This document shows, in pieces, positions 1-41,606 of a stretch of 41,606 nt of DNA. The stretch spans positions 1-41,606 of the forward strand of contig JYFJ02003483.1 of NCBI GenBank assembly GCA_000934665.2, given 5' to 3'. Origin of the DNA: Catajapyx aquilonaris. Taxonomy: Eukaryota. The position numbers and the translations under genes are program-made. Positions within the stretch are counted from its first letter, which is position 1. Every line of letters starts with the position of its first letter. The notes under the pieces were generated by a model. The model saw nothing but the letters and a program-made list of their open reading frames with translations, was not told where the DNA came from and did no database searches.

Positions 1-79
1 ACTGTAGCTAGTTACTTTTTTGGACTGAATAACTGTAACTGTAACCAGTTACATTTCAAAAGTAACTTACCCAACTCTG
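1..79. mobile_element. End of a hAT-like non-autonomous element
   Basis: Subterminal gtaac/gttac repeats ending in ...cccaactctg (reverse complement CAGAGTTGGG). Confidence 0.5.
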
Positions 80-686
80 GTCAAAACACAAACCTTGGTC
101 TCCAGACCCTATGCAAGACCTGAACACACACACATAGAAAATTCATACAAGTATACCAGAATACAGTGTTCCTCTACATCGTTCATGGTTTGTGCAAAGA
201 AATAGATTTTTTACAAAAATTGAAAGTGCATATGTTTTCCTGTCTTAGTCCATTTAATACACATTGGGTACAGTTACACTAGCAGATGCGCCTCCAGTGC
301 ATTTGGGTTGGGCAAGTTTTAGCCACATTCAAAATGCAGGGTACCAGGAGAGCAGTAACCTTGTGGCCTGCCTGGTCAGGGTGGCCAGCTAGTTCTGCCA
401 ATTCAGTGTACTCTAGCTCATGACTGCCCTGTGTGCTAAGTTGTCAATTCCTCCCAAAAATACACCTTGCAGTGGAGATGCAGCAGAGGCTGCATATCAG
501 ATCAGGTGCATCTGGAAGAAGTGTGATTGTGTGTAAGCTAGCCTGGGATATGCCCAAATAATATTGTGAACTCTCTTCCTACCAGCTCAAGCACCTGACC
601 CTCTAGTGTAACTGCTCCCACTGTATGTCCCAAGAAAATGTCACTAAACTTGAATGACTTAATGTAAGGCACTGATAATTTTAATT

Positions 687-985
687 GGGGAGACTGAGTG
701 GCGCTGCGGTAACGTATGCGCTCACGGATGTTAAGGTCCCTGGTTCGATCCCAGCCCGGGTTCCCCCCTTCATCTCGTGCAGAGTTGGGCCATCTCTGGC
801 TTCGTCTCGGGTGGAATCTCCGCTAGACTAATCCACTCGGGGAAGTTCACAAAATGACCAAGCAACGACATTGCACTTGCACTTTGCACATTCCCTCCCA
901 GTTACCCTATGGTGGTATTCCACCCCCCCCCCCCCACCCCCCAAGAGGGCCTCGGGCCCTATCACAGGGTACACTTAAAATATTT
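687..985 (+). mobile_element. tRNA-derived SINE family A
   Basis: Pol III A box tggcgctgcgg, B box ggttcgatccc; homologous copies at 14602, 19680, 39766. Confidence 0.85.
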
Positions 986-1118
986 TTTTTAATATTAAAG
1001 GGTATTCTGGATAATTTCTGGACAAATTGTAGCCAGAGATCAATGACGAGATTTTCCAGACTTCTCTCAGTAGGTTGGTTCAAACGCTTGGAATTAATAA
1101 GTCATATTTTCATTCCAG

Positions 1119-34967
<33,849 letters not shown>

Positions 34968-35459
34968 ACATTCAACAATTGTGCATCTCTGCTTCCCTCC
35001 AAATCACAATTGCTGTGATGTAGGTTTGTGGCAGGTTTTTACGTCATGTGGATATTAATAAGACCACAGAAACTTAAGCTGATGTTTTCTCCATGTACAG
35101 GACTTTTTTTTCCCTAAGTTGATTTTCTGTCAAATTGTGTTGTGTTACAGATGTACTTTTTGAGCTGTATTAGAACATAACTTAATCAGGTAGTAGTACT
35201 TAACTGGGTTCAGGGAATTTTCACCACAAGCATTTTTCAGTGTGTTTTTATTATTTATATTTTCTAAATGGCTGTTCTACAAGCCTTGTCTTTTTGTATG
35301 TGGATAGTTTATGCAGAGGTAGCATTTTGTTGTTGTTATTATTATTTGAATTCTTATTCAAAAGTACAATAGTAGTGTGATGAACCTGCCACCAGTAAGA
35401 TATGCAAAGAAATCTGCCACAAAACAAAAAGTGTTTTTATCTACATGTATAGCAGGGGA

Positions 35460-35465
35460 AATAAA
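35460..35465 (+). promoter_or_regulatory. Candidate polyadenylation signal for MRP1
   Basis: AATAAA about 490 nt after the stop, with a U-rich tract at about 35508-35521. Confidence 0.4.
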
Positions 35466-35784
35466 ATCTGGAGACACTAGTGTGGACACATTCCACTCCT
35501 AAACTCCATTTGTTTTTTTTTGAGCATCCCTATAATTATGGTACTATTCTTCTCCAGGAAAAAGCATTTTAGTCACACTCATGAAATACAGTGAAACCTA
35601 CCTAAGCAGACCCTGGATATAATGGAAACTTGCCTACCTATGAAAAATTTTCTGGTCATGGCAGCAAGCTATAGGATTTCCCTGGTATAAATGTTTCAGA
35701 GAACCCCCATGCAAACCTCTTGGAACCCTTTCCATATGTGAAAATCCTCTGTCCAATCCAGGGATGCACATGAGCTCAGAGGTA

Positions 35785-36677
35785 CGAGGGCATATCAAAA
35801 AGTTTTGGCCCTGAGACAGATGGACACATCCCCTTGGACTGTGCTGCCAACATATAGTAGGCACATCTACTACTAGTGCCAGGTGCAAGTGTCAATGCGA
35901 TTGCATAATTCATTGCAAAGTTACAGCTCCAAGAAGACAGCAAGGTGTTGGACGCTGCTGACAATGGAGAAAATTGAGTATCGCTCTGTTATCAAGTACC
36001 CCATAAAGAAGGGGATGTCGGCAAAGGAGATTTACGAAGACATGCGAGAAACGGTGGTTGATGATGCTCCACCATACACCACAGTCAAGAACTGGGTTCG
36101 CGACTTCAAACTGGGAAGAGAGCGACTTGAAGACAACCCTCGCTCTGGGCGCCCAACAACGCCGACAACAGTGGAAAGTCCACGACCTGATGTTGGCAGA
36201 TCGTCGGATCACTGTCCACGAATTGGCCACCGCTGTGGGCATCTCATATGGGTCCGTCCACAACATCCTGACCGACACGTTGGGATTCCACAAGGTTTGT
36301 GTGAGATGGGTGCCCACGCCAGACCAGAAGCGCTCACGTGTGACTCTTTCCGAGGCTGCCCTTGCCCTCTTCCTCGCAAACCCTGATGACTTCCTTGCTC
36401 GGTATGTCACCCAGGATGAAAGCTGGATTCAACATTATGACCTGGAGACGAAAGCCCAAAGGAAAGAGTTAGTGGACGACACTTTGGCGGCTGTGGATGA
36501 GTGGTTGGGAGGGATCGACAAGAACTTCTTCCTCCATGGTATCCGAAGGCTGTAGCACCGCTGCGCTGGTGCAAGTGTGTGGTAGTGTGAGGGGACTATG
36601 TAGAGAAGTGAAAATAAAATAATCCTCCTCTGCTTATTGGTAGTGTCTCGGGGCCAAAACTTTTTGATATGCCCTCG
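35785..36677 (+). mobile_element. Mariner element (irritans-like), internally deleted
   Basis: TA|cgagggcatatcaaaa TIRs; MEKIEYRSVIKY...RWVP...TQDESWIQHYD then jumps to the C-terminus; frameshifted. Confidence 0.92.
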
Positions 36678-37479
36678 TATAACGCTGTGACGCTAGCCAC
36701 TGTACCAGCCCTTCCCACCTCATTTTCATATAATTATGTTGTAGAGTTTCACAACCTGAGTCATATGTGTCATGTGACAATTTTCTGTAAAAAACCATTT
36801 GGCAGTTATTGTTGTCACGCTTATAATCCCAGTACGAAGTCCTATGTTGCACTCAGTCAGTTGTGCATGTAGCAGTCATATGGTTTGTCAATGGAAAATC
36901 ATCCCATGGCGCATTTGAAAGTCAGCTTGTCAAACGCTAGAGCATATGAAGACCTTGCGGGAAGAATGATCAAGGTCCACCTCAGATGAAACTGAGATAT
37001 TCCAATATATTTCAAATTTCGAAGGCCCGTAAGGTTCCATTGTAAATCCCAATTTTGAGGCCTTCCATAGTGACCTATGACCATTACTCCACAACCCCAC
37101 CCAAACCATCGTATTTTACACTAGTGAAAGTACCTTCTGAGATATGTGGGTCATTCTAATTTACTTGCACTTTTCATGTCCTGAAAATGAATAATTATTT
37201 TCTTGTTAGCCTTTAGCTGCTTTTACTCTGTCACTATCACTTTTTAAAACATCTTATTCAGTAATTTAAAATGTATCAAATGTGTTTTATATTTTATATT
37301 AAAACGAGCGAAAAAATATTTTCTTTCATGCTGCTGTGTTTTCTCACTGTCCATGACGACATTTATTTGGGAATATATTGTTTACATAGTTCTGTAACAT
37401 TATTTCCTCACCTGTAAGCATTTTATCTTCATAAAAGACACTTTATAATTGATATTAGGGAGGTTGACCCGGTATTGCC

Positions 37480-37653
37480 TCTTAATAAGGAAGCAGCTGT
37501 GGCCTATTATACAGAAGCGACCCAGGAATTATTCTAGGAAGACCATGGAAAACCACAGAAAACCACAGTCAGGATCGTCGGCCCCGGGATTCGAACCCAG
37601 GACTTCCCGATTAGCAGTCGGACGCCTTATCCACCATGCCAACCTGCTTCGGT
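37480..37653 (-). mobile_element. SINE family D partial copy
   Basis: Homology to 17938-18229. Confidence 0.8.
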
Positions 37654-38432
37654 TCATAGAAGACACTGTGGCAAACAAGTTATTACAAAAATCAATTCTT
37701 GAAAACCTTTTTCTGTATATACTTTACGCTGAAAAAGTGCTGTCCGGAGTTTGTGCAACTTTTGTCCTGTAGCCTGTGTTACGCCTTGTGCAGTTTTCCA
37801 TTCTTATCACAAGAGGCCAGTGCTGGACAGAAGAGATGTTCAGAAAGGCCAAAAAAATTTCAGCAGCCATATTGGAGTCTGTCATGTGAACATCGAGCAC
37901 AGTGGATTGCGATGCTATTTTGCACATGATTGTTTATATTCTCTATATAGCCTGTGTTACGGATTTCTGATAGCCTTTATGTTGAGATTTCGGAAAAGTT
38001 GCATCCCTCACAAGTATAGATTTGGTACCGCTATCAAGCAAACTGACTAATAATTTTAGTTAAAAAATCCTGCCGCCACAAAAAAATTTATGAACTTTTG
38101 GTAATAAAAAATGTAGGGGGAAACTCTGGATTGGGGGGGGGGGGGGGGGGNNNNNNCGCCAGGGCGCGAAAAGGTTTCACATAGGGTCGCAACAAAAAAA
38201 GGCTGGGAACCACTGCCTTAAAATGTGACTGTGCAGTCATTTAACTCAGAATACCCTTTTGGTGAACTTAACTATCAAAGTCATTGTTAATATGCAAAAT
38301 AATCACTGCATTAAATTGATGTCTGCAACCTTTGCTACCTCATGTAGCATGTGTTATGGAAAGGAAATGAATTTCTGCAAATCTTAATTATCAGTTATGA
38401 CCAATTCTATCAATTGAAGGCTGCACTAATAT

Positions 38433-38492
<60 letters not shown>

Positions 38493-38765
38493 TCATACCC
38501 CGTTATCAGCCATCGGCTCTTTAGAGGTTAGTTTGCTTTGCCTGGAACTCTTTGCTTTTTCATTTTACTGGGCTTTTGGGGATAGGATAGGGACGGAAGG
38601 AAGCGGCTGTGGCCTATTAATTACGGAAGCAACTCCGGAATTTTCCTGGAAGGACCGTGGGAAACCACAGAAAACCATGGTCAGAGTTGCCGGCCCCGGG
38701 ATTTGATCCCAGGACCTCCCGATTAGCAGTCGGACACCATATCCCCTCCTCCAAACTGCTTCGGT
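38433..38765 (-). mobile_element. SINE family D copy with (TTA)n tail
   Basis: 16-bp TSD aaggctgcactaatat at 38417-38432 and 38766-38781. Confidence 0.9.
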
Positions 38766-39765
38766 AAGGCTGCACTAATATATGGCTCGACAACCCCCAG
38801 AAATTGTTTTTTGTCTAATGTTATTTTTTCTTATTCCTAGGAAAACCTTCAAGTACGGTATGAAATGTACAAAAGTTACACAGTTAATTATTTTATCCAT
38901 TCTCATTACCATATTATGGTTTGTATACAGATGACTACGGACATCCACTAAGTTCAATGGTAAAAGGTATTGCCTGACTGCTTGTTCTTATAAACAAGAG
39001 AAGTTCAGGTTTCTGTCCGGTAAACGGATGCTACAGATTTATACACCTGCACATGTTCTAAAAGGTCTGCTGGTCTGCAGAACTAACATCCTCTGCTTTC
39101 ATTTATTTCTATCACTTCAAACCTTAAATATCCACATAATCCAATAAGTGTGACATAAATGTAACAAAAAAAAAATTACTCAGGAAAAAGTGGAAAAATG
39201 CAAGTCAATTTAGAATGACCCATGTAACTCATTTTTGACAAAAAGTGGACCTTGATCGTTCTTCTCCCAAGGTCTTCATATGTGAAATGAACCACATGAA
39301 AGTCAGATTTTGAGCTCCTCGAGCAGCTCAACAGCATGATAGATATTGTTTGGCCTTAAGAACAATTGACCATAAGGTCAAGGTCTGTCAAATGACCTGG
39401 TTTCATCCAAATCCGCATCTAGCTCAACTTCACCTGTAATGACCGTACCATGTCCTTTCACTCCAGTCATTATTTATCATGTCTATGTATGCCAATGTAC
39501 TGTACCTGACTGTACACATCAGACATGGTGGTGATGCTTGGATGTATAAGCTTTCTGAAATATCACATATCAAAGGTAAGTACAGTAGCCTACGATTTGT
39601 GGGGACCCATTGTACTTCCTAGTGCCAATACTAGACAAGCAAATGTTAATTGCATAACAGTGTTTCTCAGCTGAGATATATGGATCAGAATATCTCCAAC
39701 CTTTCCAAGTTTCAGATTGCCACAGAAGGCGCTAGGAACCAGCAGTTGATTATATTTTAATCTAA

Positions 39766-40093
39766 GGGAGGCGAAGTGGCGCTGCGGTAACGTACGGATC
39801 CCAGGACCGGAGACATCCCCTTCATCTCTTGCAGAGTTCAGGGTCACCTCTGGCTTCGTCTCGGGTGGTATTTCCAATAGACTAAAGCACCTGGGGGAGT
39901 TCACTAAAAATGGCCACACAAGGACATTGCGCTGCACCGTGCACATCCCCTCCTGTCATCCTGCCCGTGGAACCGGGCATTTCAATCAATAGGCGCCGAA
40001 ATGTACCTTCATCAAATAAAGGTCCGTGCGATATGCCACCAGGTGGGGGCGAAAGCACACTACCCCACCATTATTGTTGTTGTTGTTGTTGTT
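39766..40093 (+). mobile_element. SINE family A-related copy with a different 3' tail
   Basis: Head and body match 687-900; the tail differs and ends in (TTG)n. Confidence 0.65.
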
Positions 40094-41409
40094 ATATTTT
40101 AATCTTCAAGTCATTGATACGTTAAGTCCCATTCAAATGCAGCGTCACTCACTAATTCCAATACTCTTTGACCATGCACCATTGCAAAAACTGTTTTAGG
40201 AAATATTCTCACTTGTAACGACAGTATGTTATGTGCTGAATGCAACACCTTTATTATCTTGTCATTTTGATGTACACCAGTATAGCAACTGGCCTTCAGA
40301 AGCAATTTATGATAATAATAATAATAATAATTACACCATCTTTATAGAAAAGTGCACGCAGTTAATTAACACCTCTCTATATGTAGCCTATTGACCATTC
40401 AGTAAGTCATCATATATACTTGCCTGTCCCTACCTTGACCATCGGGAAATTTTCTTGACTTCGGACAATCCGACCGGCCTTCAACCAATGTAAACTTCAG
40501 GGAAAACAAGGGGAAGTATACGTGAAAATAGCATGAAATACCGGTACTTAGAAACAACGTCAGCAGTTCGGTGAGTTATTTTTGCAACATTCCATTGATA
40601 CCGGTACCTATAGTTCAGCTATGAATCACAACTTTGTACATAATTATCGGTATTCCCAGACCTATTTGAATATTAGTCTTGCTCGCTTGTCAGGTTCAGA
40701 AGTTGGACAACTTTTTTAGTTTTTCTCAAAACTACCCTCACTGGGCAAAACAAGTTTGGTTTCAGTCGTCATACCCAGCCTTGTTCTCACATATTGCGCT
40801 TTCGTTTGAACTATAATTAGTAGGATTCATTACGAAACATCCTACGTATTTCAACATTTTTATAGAATATATCTATGGGCTTCCACACTACTTGTACAGG
40901 CCAAAGTTCACATATATTCACTTCCAAAAAGAAGTGCCTTTGCATGTTTCTCTTTCGTAGCTGTTATACCCTCCCACATAATATGGTTTGACGCACTGGA
41001 GATCATTCGCCGGTCTTTCATACGAAGACCTGGTTCCAATTTAAGTCTAACGCCAATATTATTGCTATAATACTGTATACTGGTTGAATATCTTTTCACT
41101 TACAGTGAAAAAGACGAGGACGACTCCAGAACCACATGTTGATCGAAAGAGACTTCGTGATCCGCTGTGTAATGTAGACCTTATATGTGTACAGTACAGT
41201 ACTTTCTGATGGCCTAATCAGTTTCCTGCTACATAAATCATTACAGTTCCATAGAAAAAAATGTTTGAATAAAAACAGTGCAACCTTCACACCCTATATT
41301 ATCTCTATATTTATAAAATTTTCAAAACGGCTGATCATTCTGCATTTTTCATATCTTTAAATAAACTACAGTATGTGTGTGTATATGTATATATATATGT
41401 ATATATATA

Positions 41410-41606
41410 CAGGGTGTTTACGACCTAACTTTACAAACTTCTAGGGGTGATAGAGGGGACCAAGACAAACATTTTTGACATAGGAACCCGTGTCCGGAAA
41501 CGCCATCTGGAGGGGGTTCATAGACAAGGAACGGGTGTGCTCAGACGCGTCACGCGAGAGGCGCTAGTCGAGCTGACTGTTTTGTTGATAGATGGCGCTC
41601 GGATAG
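41410..41606 (+). mobile_element. Left end of a Tc1/mariner-type element inserted in a (TA)n tract
   Basis: TA|cagggtgttt... terminus related to the element at 6120. Confidence 0.65.

Larger units (their letters stand above)
37148..39221 (+). mobile_element. Sola2-like non-autonomous element
   Basis: GGGTCATTCTA / TAGAATGACCC TIRs with a 4-bp TSD ATGT. Confidence 0.7.
36943..39282 (-). mobile_element. Second copy of the unclassified TIR element, hosting a Sola2-like insertion
   Basis: catatgaagacctt TIRs at both ends; interior matches parts of 25465-26560 in reverse. Confidence 0.72.

Noticed and set aside
687..760. tRNA genes at the tRNA-like segments (also about 1640-1711, 1889-1965, 28130-28205)
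   Set aside because: They continue into SINE bodies with tails and TSDs, and I could not fold a complete cloverleaf
40860..41290. Short minus-strand ORFs near the window end
   Set aside because: No recognisable motif or splice structure

Overview
Eukaryotic genomic DNA, most likely from an insect (judged from the SINE families and the MRP exon layout). It holds the 3' portion of a + strand ABCC1/MRP1-type ABC transporter gene, from the L0 linker to the stop codon at 34967; the 5' exons lie upstream of the window. Most introns are packed with tRNA-derived SINEs, Tc1/mariner relics and MITEs, often nested. The main signal is two clusters of tandemly duplicated exons that look mutually exclusive: 2 x 147 nt (TM10-TM11) and 3 x 221 nt (TM13 to the start of TM14), giving up to 6 substrate-pocket isoforms. 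In each cluster, an intronic element about 90 nt after an upstream variant's donor site is reverse-complementary to a site downstream of the last variant (a perfect 15-mer in cluster 1, 19/21 in cluster 2). This fits a selector/docking-site competing RNA structure system for exon choice. All coordinates were read by hand and no database search was run.
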